Source: Candidatus Multivoradales bacterium (GTDB lineage: Bacteria > Acidobacteriota > Thermoanaerobaculia > Multivoradales > J023). From it: DNA of 64,000 nucleotides. The stretch spans positions 4,896,001 to 4,960,000 of the forward strand of contig CBDFLE010000006.1 in NCBI GenBank assembly GCA_965248925.1. The letters run 5' to 3'. Below are positions 27,107 through 38,101 of the stretch, one piece after another. Positions within the stretch are counted from its first letter, which is position 1. Each line of letters starts with the position of its first letter. Below the pieces are notes generated by a model. That model was not told the DNA's origin, did no database searches, and worked only from the letters and a program-made list of their open reading frames with translations. Both the position numbers and the translations under genes were made by a program.

Positions 27107-30100
27107 TCAGTCTCGCCCCTCCACGGTCCACCGCGGCACCCTTCCTGGAGTCCAGTTGCCGCCGGCGTCCTCGAGTTCTCCCTCTAGCTGCCGCAGGTCG
27201 ACTTCTACTAGCTGGCGGAGACGGGTGAGCAGTGGCGCCAGGGCCTTGCTGGCGACCTGGTAAGCCGTGCGGTAGCTCTCCGTGGGCGCCGAAGTGGAGT
27301 TCCAATGGCCTGAGACGATGTCGTCGACGCAGCTGGAAATCGACGGCGGAGTGGGCGTCGAGCGCGACCTCAAGGTGCTATCGCCGCTCAGCTCGGTGCT
27401 GATCTGGTGCAGCTGATCGCCGAGGGCGCGGGCGCGCTCAAGCAGTGCCAGGTCGGCGGCTGGAGCTTCGAGTATTGAGCGCTCGACCAGGGCCAAGCGG
27501 CCTTCGGTCTCGTCCACGGAGTAGATCGCGCCGAGCATGGCGCGCTGCAAGCTAGCGGTTTGACGCTGGAATTTGCTCAGCTCGGCGCGGTCGGCCGCCG
27601 CTAAAGTGGCACTGCCCAGTGGCGCGGTGGTGAAGTTCTGCGGCTCGCCGAAGGGGGCGGCGACGCCATCGACGACGGTGGCCATTTCGACGGTGAGTAC
27701 CCCGGGCACGGTCAGCGGACCCTGGCGCGGCGGCGAGAAGGGTCCCGGCGCTTGCGGCTCCAACTCGGTGGGCTCGGGGGTGGGGAAGCGTAGATCCCAG
27801 CTAATGCGGTGGAAGCCAGCGCTGACCGGTCCGGTGAGACGGCGGATCACCGCCCCGGTGGCGTCGCGCACGGTCAGGCGCACGGTCGGCGCGATCTCGC
27901 GATCCTCGGCTCGCAGCTCATCCCAACTAGGGAAGGTGGTTGCCTCGCCAGCTTCGCGAGCGTCGCTCTCTGCCTCGTGGCGCCGCTCCTCGCGGGTTTG
28001 CAGACCCTTGGCTAAATAGTAGGTGAAGACCGCGCCGTTGGGCGGGTTCTCGGCGGCGAACAGACCATCGCCCTGGAAGCTCTTGCCGGGAGTGCCCAAA
28101 GGGAAAGCAGTGATGAAAACCGAGGTGTCTTTGACCGGGAAAGCGAGCGCCTGTTGCTGGTCGAGCTGCTCGACAGTGAGGCCGCGCAGGGGTGAGTAGT
28201 CGTCGAGCACCCAGAAGCCGCGACCGAAGGTGCCGAGCACCAGATCGACTTCGCGCTCTTGGATCTCCAGGTCGCGGACAGCGACGGTGGGCAAGCCGCC
28301 GGTGAGTTGGAACCAACGCTCGCCGCCATCGAGGGTGAAGAAGGCGCCGAATTCGGTGCCGGCGAAGAGCAGCTCGGGATGCTCGGGATCTTCGGCCAGG
28401 GCGTAGGTCGAGCCGCGCTCGGGCAGGTCACCGGTGATCGACACCCAACTGCGGCCGCGATCGGTGCTCTTCAGTAGGTAGGGGGCGAAGTCGCCACTTT
28501 TGTGGTTGTTGAAGACGGCATAGACGGTGTCGGCATGGTGGCGCGAGGTCACCAGAGCGTTGACGTAGGTGCGCTCGGGGATGCCCGGAAAGCTCTCTTC
28601 GCGGCGCCAATGCTGGCCGCCGTCTTCGCTGACTTGGATCAGGCCGTCGTCGCTGCCGGCGTAGAGCAGACCGGCGATTCGCGATGATTCAGTCAGCGCC
28701 ACCAGGTTGCCGTAGTTTGAGGTCGAACGGCCGCGGGCCACCGCTCCTTCCTCCCACACACGGCCCATCAATTCGAGTTGGTTGCGGTCTAGTTGGCGGC
28801 TCAAGTCGGGGCTGATGGCGCGCCAGCTGTCGCCCCGATCGTCGCTGCGGAAGACTCGGTTGGCGGCAAAGTACAAACGGCTCGGGGAGTGGGGTGAGAT
28901 CAGCAGCGGCGCATCCCAATTCCAGATCAGCGGCGGTTCGTCGGGTCCGAGCTTGGGCTGAATCTCGATGATCTCGCCGGAGCGCCGGTCGTGGCGCACC
29001 AGGTTGCCGTGCTGCCATTGGGCGTAGACGATGTTGGGGTCTTTAGGATCGACAGCCGGCTCGAAGCCATCGCCACCGACGGTGACGAACCAATCCGAGT
29101 TGATGATACCGGCGCCCGATGTGGTGCGCGACGGGCCGCCGAGGGTGAAGTTGTCTTGGGTGCCGCCGTAGATGTTGTAGAACGGCCGCGCGTCATCGAG
29201 CGCCAGTTTGTAGAACTGGGTGACCGGCAAATTGGCGATGAAGCTCCAGGTGGCGCCGCGGTCCCAAGTCTCGTAGATGCCGCCATCGCAGCCGTTGCGA
29301 AGGTGGCCGGTATCTTCGGGATCGATCCACAGGGCATGATTGTCGACATGTTTGAAGGTCTCGCCGACTCCGTTCCAGGTGCTGCCACCGTCTTCGGAGA
29401 CCTGCATCCAAGTGTCCATCGAGTAGATGCGCTCGGGCCGATGGGGATCGACGATTAGCTCTTGGTAGTACTGCGGACTACCGCTGGTGTAGTCTGACCG
29501 CCGCTGCCAGCTTTCGCCGCGATCCGTGGAGCGGAAGAAGCCACCGTCCTCGCCGCTGGCCTCGACGATGGCGTAGAGCAGATCCGGGTTCGATGGCGCC
29601 ACCGCCAAGCCGATGCGACCGACGTCGCCGCTAGGCAGGCCGCCCTCCAGCCGTCGCCAATGCTCGCCACCGTCGGTCGATTTGTGTACTCCGCCGCCGG
29701 GGCCGCCATTGATGAGATTCCACACCCGCCGTCGCCGTTGGTAGGTCACCGCGTAGAGAGTGTCCGGCTGCCGTGGATCGAGCAGCACTTCTGACACTCC
29801 GGTGTGCTCGTCGATCTCTAGGCTGAGCTGCCAGGTCTCGCCGCCATCGGAGGTCTTGTACAGTCCGCGGTCGCCGCCAGCGTTCCACAGTGGCCCCTGG
29901 GCGGCGACCCAGACCACTTGCGAATCGCGCGGGTCGACTTGGATCATGCCGATGTGCTCAGAGTGCGCCAGTCCCATGTGGGTCCAGCTCTGGCCGCCGT
30001 CGAGCGATTTGTAGACCCCGTCGCCATAGCCGACGCTGCGTTGACTGTTGTTTTCACCGGTGCCCACCCAAACGGTGTGCGGATTGCTCGGGTCGAGGGT

Positions 30101-30421
30101 CACGCAGCCGATCGAGGAAGAGCCCTGTTCGTCGAAGATCGGCGTCCAGGTGGTGCCGGCGTTGGTGGTTTTCCACACCCCCCCCGCCGCCGCCGCGGCG
30201 TAGTAGATCGACGGATTGTCGGGCTGTACCGCCAGGTCGACGATCCGCCCCGAGGTCACTGCCGGACCCAATTCGCGCAATGGTAGGCCGGCGAAGGTCG
30301 TCGTAGTGATCGCTGGTTCTGCTGCCGGAGTGGCTGCTTTCTCTTTCGACTTCTTTTTGCCGAAGGCGGCGGCTGGCAGGAGCAAGAGAACGACTGCGAG
30401 AGCGAAGCAAGTTGAGCGCAC
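27107..30421 (-). CDS. VPS10/BNR (Asp-box) repeat glycosyl-hydrolase-like secreted protein
   Basis: Signal peptide, many SxDGGxxW Asp-boxes, GRIVDLAV..GGVWKTTNAGTTW. Confidence 0.92.
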   Translation of the reverse strand: MRSTCFALAVVLLLLPAAAFGKKKSKEKAATPAAEPAITTTTFAGLPLRELGPAVTSGRIVDLAVQPDNPSIYYAAAAAGGVWKTTNAGTTWTPIFDEQGSSSIGCVTLDPSNPHTVWVGTGENNSQRSVGYGDGVYKSLDGGQSWTHMGLAHSEHIGMIQVDPRDSQVVWVAAQGPLWNAGGDRGLYKTSDGGETWQLSLEIDEHTGVSEVLLDPRQPDTLYAVTYQRRRRVWNLINGGPGGGVHKSTDGGEHWRRLEGGLPSGDVGRIGLAVAPSNPDLLYAIVEASGEDGGFFRSTDRGESWQRRSDYTSGSPQYYQELIVDPHRPERIYSMDTWMQVSEDGGSTWNGVGETFKHVDNHALWIDPEDTGHLRNGCDGGIYETWDRGATWSFIANLPVTQFYKLALDDARPFYNIYGGTQDNFTLGGPSRTTSGAGIINSDWFVTVGGDGFEPAVDPKDPNIVYAQWQHGNLVRHDRRSGEIIEIQPKLGPDEPPLIWNWDAPLLISPHSPSRLYFAANRVFRSDDRGDSWRAISPDLSRQLDRNQLELMGRVWEEGAVARGRSTSNYGNLVALTESSRIAGLLYAGSDDGLIQVSEDGGQHWRREESFPGIPERTYVNALVTSRHHADTVYAVFNNHKSGDFAPYLLKSTDRGRSWVSITGDLPERGSTYALAEDPEHPELLFAGTEFGAFFTLDGGERWFQLTGGLPTVAVRDLEIQEREVDLVLGTFGRGFWVLDDYSPLRGLTVEQLDQQQALAFPVKDTSVFITAFPLGTPGKSFQGDGLFAAENPPNGAVFTYYLAKGLQTREERRHEAESDAREAGEATTFPSWDELRAEDREIAPTVRLTVRDATGAVIRRLTGPVSAGFHRISWDLRFPTPEPTELEPQAPGPFSPPRQGPLTVPGVLTVEMATVVDGVAAPFGEPQNFTTAPLGSATLAAADRAELSKFQRQTASLQRAMLGAIYSVDETEGRLALVERSILEAPAADLALLERARALGDQLHQISTELSGDSTLRSRSTPTPPSISSCVDDIVSGHWNSTSAPTESYRTAYQVASKALAPLLTRLRQLVEVDLRQLEGELEDAGGNWTPGRVPRWTVEGRD

Positions 30422-30688
30422 GGGTTCCCCCTAACGGAGAGAGTTGCGGCCGGAGACCGGAAACTGGCATGGTGATGGCGGATTCTAACCTCCCAGCAGG
30501 GGCCGGGCAGGGCGAGATCAGGGAAATCTCGGAGATCTACCCAAGTCGATCTAGGCGCGCCCGTGGGGTCGACTTTTGGGACCACCGGGATCGCTGTAGA
30601 TGTCGATGGGAGAAGATCGGCGGGGAGTGGGATTCTCTCGCTTGCCGAGCGGTTTGAAGATTCGCCTCTTCTCTGCCAGGCTCGTCAG

Positions 30689-31792
30689 ATGGAGGAGAAT
30701 GCGAACCGCCCAGCGTTGTTTGGTTGGTGGGGAGTCGTCCTGGTTTGGCTGGCGTGGGGCTTGGTCAACGTGCTGCGTCTCGGGGCGATGCCCGATTTCA
30801 GCTGGACCCAGGCGCTGAGCTACGGCCTTCCCGATGCCCTGCTCTGGGTTGTCGTCACGCCGCTGCTGGTGGCCGTGTCGCGACGCTTCGAGATCCACGG
30901 TGAACCTTGGCGGCGACACCTCGGGGTGCTGGCCCTGACCTCCGCCTTCGTAGTCTTGGGCCATACGGCAGTCGATTCTGGCCTGGCGGGTGCAGCGGCT
31001 GGGTTGCAGGGTGGCTTCGAGGCGGGGCTGGCAACCTGGTGGTCGGTTTTCATCAACGTGCTGCGTTATGAATTCCACACCCGTTTGCTGATCTGCACGC
31101 TGGTGATCGGCTTCGCCCATTACCAAATCTACGCTCGGCGGTTGGCTGAGCAGCAGTCCCGCGCCAGCCATCTGGCCGCCCAGCTGACCGCGGCCAAGTT
31201 AACCCACCTACGGCGTCAGCTGCGCCCTCACTTCCTGTTCAATGCGCTGAATTCCGTGTCGGCGTCGATGGCAGAATCGCCGCAGCGCGGTAGGCTAGTG
31301 GTGCGACGTCTTGGCGAACTGTTACGCGCCAGCTTGCGCGGTGAGCAGGAGCAGTGGCTCTCCCTGGAGAAGGAACTCGACTTGGTACGCGCCTATCTCG
31401 AGATCGAACAGGTTCGTTTTGAGGATCGGATAGAGATTCGGATCGACGCCGAGCCAACGGCCTTGGCTTGCGCGGTCCCGGCGCTGATCTTGCAACCGAT
31501 TGTCGAGAACGCCGTCTGCCATGGCATCGCTTCGCGCATCGAGGGCGGCACCATCGCCGTGCGCGCCCATCTGGACGGCCCGCGCTTGCTGCTCGAAGTC
31601 GAAGACAATGGCAGCGGCGTGCCAGTTGGCGCCGAACTGTCGCAGGCCGCCGCGGAAGGAATCGGCCTGGCAAACATTCGTCAACGCCTTGAGGTTCTCT
31701 ACGGCAGCGACGCCAGCCTACATTTCGCGGCGGGCGTGGCGGGGGCGCTGGTGCGGATTTCCCTGCCTCGGCGGCAGCGTGAGGCGGCGTGA
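30689..31792 (+). CDS. LytS/YehU-type sensor histidine kinase
   Basis: TM region, QLRPHFLFNALN H-box, LQPIVENAVCHG, VEDNGSG, GIGLANI. Confidence 0.92.
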   Translation: MEENANRPALFGWWGVVLVWLAWGLVNVLRLGAMPDFSWTQALSYGLPDALLWVVVTPLLVAVSRRFEIHGEPWRRHLGVLALTSAFVVLGHTAVDSGLAGAAAGLQGGFEAGLATWWSVFINVLRYEFHTRLLICTLVIGFAHYQIYARRLAEQQSRASHLAAQLTAAKLTHLRRQLRPHFLFNALNSVSASMAESPQRGRLVVRRLGELLRASLRGEQEQWLSLEKELDLVRAYLEIEQVRFEDRIEIRIDAEPTALACAVPALILQPIVENAVCHGIASRIEGGTIAVRAHLDGPRLLLEVEDNGSGVPVGAELSQAAAEGIGLANIRQRLEVLYGSDASLHFAAGVAGALVRISLPRRQREAA

Positions 31793-32544
31793 ATACGTTA
31801 TCTGGCGAGCGGTTACGAGTGTTGATCGTCGACGACGAGGCCGCCGGTCGGCGCCTGCTGGCCGATTTGCTCGAGCAAGAACCCGGGATCGACATCGTCG
31901 GCATTTGCAAGCATGGGGACGAAGCGCTGACCGTGCTCGGCGCATGCAGGGTCGACTTGCTTTTTCTCGACATTCGTATGCCGGGGAAGGACGGTTTCGA
32001 AGTGATCCGGGCGCTAGTCGACCCGCCACCGGTGGTTTTTGTGACTGCCTACGACGAGTTCGCTCTCGAAGCCTTCGCGGTCGAGGCTTGCGACTATTTG
32101 CTCAAGCCTTTCGACGAACTTCGCCTGCGCGAGACGCTGAGCCGGGTGCGCAAGCGCCGCTCTGCGCAGGCTGAGAATCGCAACTCCAGGGCGGCAGACC
32201 CCGCACCTCCCTTGGAGCGCTTGGCTATCCCCCAAGGACGAGCTCGGGTGATGGTGCAGATGGAGCAAGTGATCGCTATCGAAGCGGAATCGAACTATGC
32301 GCGCTTCCATCTGGCGGCCCGCAACCACCTGGCTCGGGTTTCACTTTCGTGGCTCGAAGAGAGGCTCGATCGGCGGCGTTTTGTGCGTGTCCACCGGTCC
32401 TGGATCGTCAATATCGACCATCTCCAACGGCAGGAGCCCGCCGGTCATGGGGATCTCCGCTTGGCGCTGACAGGCGGCTTGCAGGTCGGTCTCAGCCGGC
32501 GCTATCGGCGGCGCCTCGAAGCCTTGATCGAGCCCCTTTCCTGA
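31789..32544 (+). CDS. LytTR family response regulator
   Basis: VDDE..FLDIRMP..VTAYD..YLLKP receiver domain, then FVRVHRSWIVN LytTR domain. Confidence 0.93.
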   Translation: MNTLSGERLRVLIVDDEAAGRRLLADLLEQEPGIDIVGICKHGDEALTVLGACRVDLLFLDIRMPGKDGFEVIRALVDPPPVVFVTAYDEFALEAFAVEACDYLLKPFDELRLRETLSRVRKRRSAQAENRNSRAADPAPPLERLAIPQGRARVMVQMEQVIAIEAESNYARFHLAARNHLARVSLSWLEERLDRRRFVRVHRSWIVNIDHLQRQEPAGHGDLRLALTGGLQVGLSRRYRRRLEALIEPLS

Positions 32545-34523
32545 GTACTGGCGGAGGTCGCTGACAGGTCTTCGTTGAGGGTGTCGCGCAGTTGCCGCGC
32601 GGCCGCGTAGTGGGGATAAATCTCGAGCGTCTCATCGAGTAGGGCGCGAGCTCGCGCAGCATCTTTGGGCTCTTGCAACAGCAGCAGCCGAGCCAGCCAA
32701 AAGCGGCTCATCGGCGCTTGCCAGGTGGGGCGCAGGCGGTTCGACCGGGCCGTCGGAGCGGTCGCCGAACGGGCGATGACCTCTGCCAACTGCTGCCGCG
32801 CAGCGGCGGGATCGCCGCCCCATTGAGCCGGGGTGTAGGCCAAGTCGAGCCCGCGGATGGCCAGCGCCCGGAGGTTGTCGGGCTCGAGGTCGAGAGCACG
32901 TCCGAGATGCTCATCGCCGAGCGGCCCGACCACCCCCGCCCGCTGTGGAGCGAGTCGATAGTAGCCGGAATACAAGGTGCTTAGCAGGGCGTGTGCTTCG
33001 GCGTTACGGGGCTCCAACTCGATCGAGCGCTTCTCTGCCTCGACCGCTTGGTCGAGATATCCGAGGCGGCCGTCGCCGGGGCCGACCAGACTGAGGATCC
33101 ACAGTCCGAAGCCGCGATAGTAGGCGGACCAGGTGGCCAGCTCCGGGTCGCTGTTCCAGACGGAGAGGCTCTCGATACCGCTGGCGATAGCCTCGAGGTC
33201 TGAGCGCATGGAGGCTTGGGTGAGCTTCTCAATCACGGCAGAGAACTCCGCTGGCACCTCCAGTTCACTCTCCATGCTAGCTGCCACTTGCGGCTCGCCT
33301 AGGGCGTTGAGGTCGAGGGCCAGAACTATCGCTTGATCCCGCAGGAAGAGTCGATTGCCGATCACCGTCGGCGGCGTCCAGCTGCGCTTCTCGACCACTC
33401 GGGTGGTCTGTAGACGCGTGATGCCTTGGCGGTCGAGTCGGGCGATGGTTAGCTCGCCTCGGTCGCCGAGCAACAGGGCTTGCTGATCCGCCAGCAGTAG
33501 GTTGGCGGCGCCAAAGCGCCGTTCCCGCCAGAGGATCTCGCCGCTGCGCGCGTCCAGCGCGAGAAGGCTATTTTTGTAGGTGGTGTAGATCGTTCCGCCT
33601 TGGTGGACGGCATTGAAATGGGAGACTTGAAAATCGGGCTGCTGCCACAGCTGCTCAACTCGATCCGCGGCGACCAAACGCAGGCCGCGGCTGCCTAAGA
33701 AGTAGGCCGAGACGAAAAGCAGATCATCATCCACCAAAATGGGGGTGCCGAGCATGGTGCGATGTTGGTTGGCGAACTCGTGGCGCCACAGCAGGGAGCC
33801 AGTGAGCGGATCGAGGCCAACCACCTCGCCAGCGGCGGCGGCGATAATTTGCCGTCCGTGGGCAGTCTCGGCCAGGATCGGCGAGGCATAGCTAGGCGCG
33901 AAAGAGCGGTTCTGCCACAGCAGTTCGCCGCTCGCCGGCTCAAAGGCCAAGGCGCCGCCCGCCAACACCACCAGCGCCCGCCAGCCGGGTTTCTTGGGGT
34001 CGTCTACCAGCAGAGGGCTCGCTGCGTAGCCGAAATATGGAATCCTGGCTTGATGCTCAGCGCCCAGGTCCTTGGCCCACAGCAACTCGCCGGTGGCGGC
34101 ATCCAGGGCATGTAGATGACCTGTGAAACCGAGGGTGAAGAGCCGCCCGTCGCTGAATATTGGGGTGGCTTGGGGCGCGTTGCCATAAGACACATCGACC
34201 CCGCGCAGCTCACTGACCGGGGCTTGGTAGCGGTATTCCCACAAAGTCTTGCCGCTGCCTGCCTCAAGCGCGACGATCACTTCCTGCTCACCCTCACGAG
34301 TGGCGGTGAAGAGGTGTTGGGTTGAAGGATCGGAGATTAGAGCGGAATAGCCTGGGCCGAGGTCTCGCTGCCACAACCGACGCGGCCCGGCAGCGCCCCA
34401 GGCTGCGATTCGCGGTGCCTGGTCCAGAGTGAAGTCACGCCCAGGACCGCCGAACTGTAACCATTGGGCGGCTAGGGGTGGACTCAAGAACAGTGCGCAG
34501 ACGAAGAGTAACAAACGATGCAT
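32502..34523 (-). CDS. PQQ-like (BamB-type) beta-propeller fused to C-terminal TPRs
   Basis: Signal peptide, WLQFGGP, ALDAATGELLW repeats, WTPPTV..LFLRD, then TPR helices. 3' end overlaps the LytTR gene by 43 nt. Confidence 0.85.
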   Translation of the reverse strand: MHRLLLFVCALFLSPPLAAQWLQFGGPGRDFTLDQAPRIAAWGAAGPRRLWQRDLGPGYSALISDPSTQHLFTATREGEQEVIVALEAGSGKTLWEYRYQAPVSELRGVDVSYGNAPQATPIFSDGRLFTLGFTGHLHALDAATGELLWAKDLGAEHQARIPYFGYAASPLLVDDPKKPGWRALVVLAGGALAFEPASGELLWQNRSFAPSYASPILAETAHGRQIIAAAAGEVVGLDPLTGSLLWRHEFANQHRTMLGTPILVDDDLLFVSAYFLGSRGLRLVAADRVEQLWQQPDFQVSHFNAVHQGGTIYTTYKNSLLALDARSGEILWRERRFGAANLLLADQQALLLGDRGELTIARLDRQGITRLQTTRVVEKRSWTPPTVIGNRLFLRDQAIVLALDLNALGEPQVAASMESELEVPAEFSAVIEKLTQASMRSDLEAIASGIESLSVWNSDPELATWSAYYRGFGLWILSLVGPGDGRLGYLDQAVEAEKRSIELEPRNAEAHALLSTLYSGYYRLAPQRAGVVGPLGDEHLGRALDLEPDNLRALAIRGLDLAYTPAQWGGDPAAARQQLAEVIARSATAPTARSNRLRPTWQAPMSRFWLARLLLLQEPKDAARARALLDETLEIYPHYAAARQLRDTLNEDLSATSASTQERGSIKASRRRR

Positions 34524-34689
34524 GGGGACCTCCTTGCCGGTTGTTTTTGTGGCCGCTTCTAGCAAATACCGAGAAGCGGCCGCGGAAGATCCAGCAATGG
34601 TCCCAGAGGGATCTGGGCGGGGTCGGCGGGACCGGTGGGTTCTAGGACGTGGCGCCGGAGCCGAGTTCGCGCCTTGCTGAGCCTTACGC

Positions 34690-35829
34690 TCAGCGCTGTT
34701 CTTCGAGGTCGAGGCGGCCGTAGATCGCTTCGCGCAAGGTCCGCTCGGTCGCCAGGTCTCCACGACGATAGGCGATGTCGGCCCGCTTGAGGCGGACTCG
34801 GCTGGTGCGATCAGGGCTGTCTTCTAGCCGGCTGTAAAGTTCGTCGGCGAGCAGCAAGTCGCCAGCGCTGAATGCCTCGTCGGCGGCCTGTTCCAGCCGG
34901 TCCAGGCTCAGCCTCGGAGCCGGGGGATTGGCGCTAGCCGACTCTTGAGTAGGCCGGTCGCGGAGCCACTGGCGGGCGGCGTGCAAGAGGTCTTCCCGCG
35001 CCGGGTCGCTGAGGTGCTCGGCGCTGACTCTCCAGCGGTCGACGAAGAGTCGCCGTCTGCCGGGTGCGACAAAGGGTACAAGCAGAACCGCCGGATCTGT
35101 CGCTATCAACAAGTCGTCGACGAAGTAGTCGAAACGCCCGCGGTCTTCGAGATCGCCGATGAATGAGAAATAGCGCACTGACGAGTCGTTGGCGTCGGCG
35201 AGATTTCGCTGTTGGCGCAGATCTGCGATCGGTTTTTCACAATCGACACCGCAACCTTCTTCGTAGATCGCCAGGTCGTAGGTGCCGAGGTCGACGCGGT
35301 AGACCAGGTCGATGAAATACCAGACGAAGGCTTGCGGGGCGAAAGTCTGTTGCCATCGATCGGCGGGTCGATGGCCGAAGAATCCATTTTGAGTACCGAG
35401 CCAGACAGCGTGGCCGTGCTGTCCCTGGCTGAGAAACCAGCGCTGGCCGGCGAGGCCGAAGTTGAATTTTTGACCAGGATCGGTGAGCAGCAAGTAGAAC
35501 TGGACGAACACCGTTCCTGAGCGTCGTTCCTCGAAATAGCCGAGGAACTCGGCGAAGTCGCGGTTGCCGGCTTCTTCGTGTAAATGTAGCGAGTGCTCGC
35601 CACCAACGCGGAAGGCCAGCGACAGATCGACCTGTCCGCCGCCGCCGTCGCGCAGCCAGAAGGTGTCGGGGCCAGAGGCCACCGGGTCTTCGAAGTCGTA
35701 CGATGCAAGGATTGGCGACGACGCGTTGCCCTCGACTTGTGCCGAAATCGCCTGCGTGGAGAGCGCGGTGGCTACCAGCATGACAACGCCGACGATCAGC
35801 CCGATTCGAAGAGGTTGGGATGAAGCCAT
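34690..35829 (-). CDS. Secreted hypothetical protein (beta-sandwich-like N-term, TPR-like C-term)
   Basis: Signal peptide, YDFED...YFVDDLLI lectin/CBM-like signature, helical C-terminus. Confidence 0.7.
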   Translation of the reverse strand: MASSQPLRIGLIVGVVMLVATALSTQAISAQVEGNASSPILASYDFEDPVASGPDTFWLRDGGGGQVDLSLAFRVGGEHSLHLHEEAGNRDFAEFLGYFEERRSGTVFVQFYLLLTDPGQKFNFGLAGQRWFLSQGQHGHAVWLGTQNGFFGHRPADRWQQTFAPQAFVWYFIDLVYRVDLGTYDLAIYEEGCGVDCEKPIADLRQQRNLADANDSSVRYFSFIGDLEDRGRFDYFVDDLLIATDPAVLLVPFVAPGRRRLFVDRWRVSAEHLSDPAREDLLHAARQWLRDRPTQESASANPPAPRLSLDRLEQAADEAFSAGDLLLADELYSRLEDSPDRTSRVRLKRADIAYRRGDLATERTLREAIYGRLDLEEQR

Positions 35830-35932
35830 GGCGGCAAGTGTAGCTCACTGACGCTGAAGACCCTTCTGCCCAGCTGTAGTCCACTATGCTGTAGCCTCAT
35901 CGGGGTGTGAACGTCGCTTGGAGGTCCAGAAA

Positions 35933-37105
35933 ATGCGAGATCGCTGGTTGTTTGTCGTCGGAGTCTTATTGCTGCTGGGGCCGACCGTGCTGCGTGCCTA
36001 TCTCTCCTGGCCGCTGCCTGGTTCGCAAGATCTCGACTCGATCCACTTCGCCTACCGGCTCAGCGCTTGGATAGTACCTCTGCGGCTCTTGGGGGCGGTG
36101 CTGGCGGTGTTTGGCATTGTCGGCATTTTTCGTGGTCCACGCACCAGGAAGACCATCGCCTTGATCGTTTTGGTCTCTGCTCCGGCGCTGCTGCTGAGCT
36201 ATCTGATCTACAACTACGAAGCGGTGCGGCTGTTTCGTCAGCCGCGGCAGGTGGTTTTTGCTCAAGGGACCAGTGAGCAGTTGCCTGCCGAAACGCTGGT
36301 CATCGGTTTGACCGCGGCTGGTCAGGCGAAAGCCTACCCATTGCGCCTGCTGGCCTACCATCACCAGGTGCAAGATCAAGTGGGAGGGCAGCCGGTGCTG
36401 GTGACCTACTGTGTGATGTGTCGCACCGGTAAGGTGTTCCGCGCCGAAGCGGCGGGAGAGCCGTTGGAGCTGGAGCTGGTCGGTGCCTATCGCTACAACT
36501 CAGTCTATCGCGACCGCGGCACTGGCAGCTGGTGGTTCCAGGCCGACGGCCGGGCGGCGGTCGGGCCCCTGGCCGGTGAGCAGCTCAGCGAGCTGCGCAC
36601 CGACCAAATGACCCTCGGGCGTTGGCTCGAGCTACATCCCGACAGCGATGTTCTGCAGCCCGATCCGGCTTCCGCCGACGGCTACCAGATGTTTAGTTTC
36701 GATCGCTTCGACGAGGCCCGGTCCGAGAGCGAGTCGCCACCCGGATGGCGGTGGGTGGTGGGGGTGCGCCACGGCGAGCTAGCGCGGGCTTACCCCTGGT
36801 CGTTACTGACCGAGCAGGGCCTGATCGAGGATCAGCTCGGGGATCTGCCGTTGGCGGTGCAGCTGCTTGCCGATGGCGTCAATCATCGGGTTTGGGATCG
36901 CCGGCTCGGCGACCGGCTGCTGCACCTTGAAGTCGAGGGTGAAGAGCTTTGGGCGTCCGCCGCAGGGACTCGCTTTGGTTTCGATGGGCTCGGCCATGGC
37001 GGTGAACTCGATGGCCAGCAGCTCGCGCCAGTGACGTCCGCGGTCGAATACTGGCATTCCTTCGAGCATTTTTCCGGCGGCGAACTCTTTGCCGGCTTGC
37101 CTTGA
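35933..37105 (+). CDS. DUF3179-like membrane-anchored protein
   Basis: AKAYPL..HHQVQD..VLVTYCVMCRTG..YRYNSVYRDRGTGSWW.Q..G.A. Confidence 0.8.
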   Translation: MRDRWLFVVGVLLLLGPTVLRAYLSWPLPGSQDLDSIHFAYRLSAWIVPLRLLGAVLAVFGIVGIFRGPRTRKTIALIVLVSAPALLLSYLIYNYEAVRLFRQPRQVVFAQGTSEQLPAETLVIGLTAAGQAKAYPLRLLAYHHQVQDQVGGQPVLVTYCVMCRTGKVFRAEAAGEPLELELVGAYRYNSVYRDRGTGSWWFQADGRAAVGPLAGEQLSELRTDQMTLGRWLELHPDSDVLQPDPASADGYQMFSFDRFDEARSESESPPGWRWVVGVRHGELARAYPWSLLTEQGLIEDQLGDLPLAVQLLADGVNHRVWDRRLGDRLLHLEVEGEELWASAAGTRFGFDGLGHGGELDGQQLAPVTSAVEYWHSFEHFSGGELFAGLP

Positions 37106-37174
37106 GCGGCCCTCGCTCCCGCTCCGCCGCCCGCTGGCTTGCCTTCAGTGGCTCGGGTTTGACAGGGTTCGAGG

Positions 37175-38101
37175 ATGAAAGAGGAATACTCTAGCCGCAT
37201 CTGGCTCTGGCTGTTGGCCGCGGGAGTGCTGCTCGGCGCGCCGTTGAGCGCTCAACAACCGCCGCCGACCGACATCTACTTGCTGCCGATCGCCCATGGC
37301 GAGTACGGCCCTGCGCTCGGCGAGGCGCGCAACATCACCCGTCGTCAGGGCTACGATAATCAACCATCTTTCCTGCCCGATGGCCGTGGCTTGCTCTACA
37401 CCTCGATTCGCCAAGGCCAAGCCGACAGCTGGCTCTATGATCTCAAAAAGGACACTCACCAGCAGCTTACCGACACCCCGGAGAGTGAGTATTCGCCGAC
37501 CCTGATGCCGGGGGAACGGGCGATCTCGGTGGTGCGGGTCGAAGCTGATGAGCGGCAGCGTCTGTGGCGCTTTCCGCTTCGCGGTGGCGAGCCCGAGCTG
37601 TTGCTGCCCGACGTGGCGCCGGTGGGCTACCACGCATGGGGCGAAGATGGCCGGTTGGTACTTTTCGTGCTCGGTGAGCCGCCCACCCTGGAGTTGGCCC
37701 GCCGCGGCCCGGGAACGGGGCGCCAAGTGCTCAGCAACATCGGCCGGTGTTTGGCACGGATTCCGGGCTCGACCGAGATCAGCTTCATCGCCAAGACCGA
37801 CGCCGGGGCACAGATTCAAGCGATCGATCCGGCCAGCGGCGCCGTTCGTCATTTGGCAGATGGATTTGCCGATCAAGAAGATTACGCCTGGTCGCCCACT
37901 GGCGAATTGTGGATGGCCCACGGGACCCGGTTGTTCCGCCGTCTACCGGGGGCTGAGGAGCGCTGGAACCTGATCGAGGAACTGGGCAAACGGGGCCTCG
38001 GTAAGATCACTCGTTTGGCGATTTCTGCCGACGGCAGGTTGCTGGCTTTGGTGGCCGACTTACCGCCGGTCGCGGTCGCCGAGGAGGAGTCGGGCGAATG
38101 A
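37175..38101 (+). CDS. TolB-like (PD40) beta-propeller protein
   Basis: Signal peptide, GYDNQPSFLPDG, ESEYSPT, ITRLAISADG. Confidence 0.8.
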   Translation: MKEEYSSRIWLWLLAAGVLLGAPLSAQQPPPTDIYLLPIAHGEYGPALGEARNITRRQGYDNQPSFLPDGRGLLYTSIRQGQADSWLYDLKKDTHQQLTDTPESEYSPTLMPGERAISVVRVEADERQRLWRFPLRGGEPELLLPDVAPVGYHAWGEDGRLVLFVLGEPPTLELARRGPGTGRQVLSNIGRCLARIPGSTEISFIAKTDAGAQIQAIDPASGAVRHLADGFADQEDYAWSPTGELWMAHGTRLFRRLPGAEERWNLIEELGKRGLGKITRLAISADGRLLALVADLPPVAVAEEESGE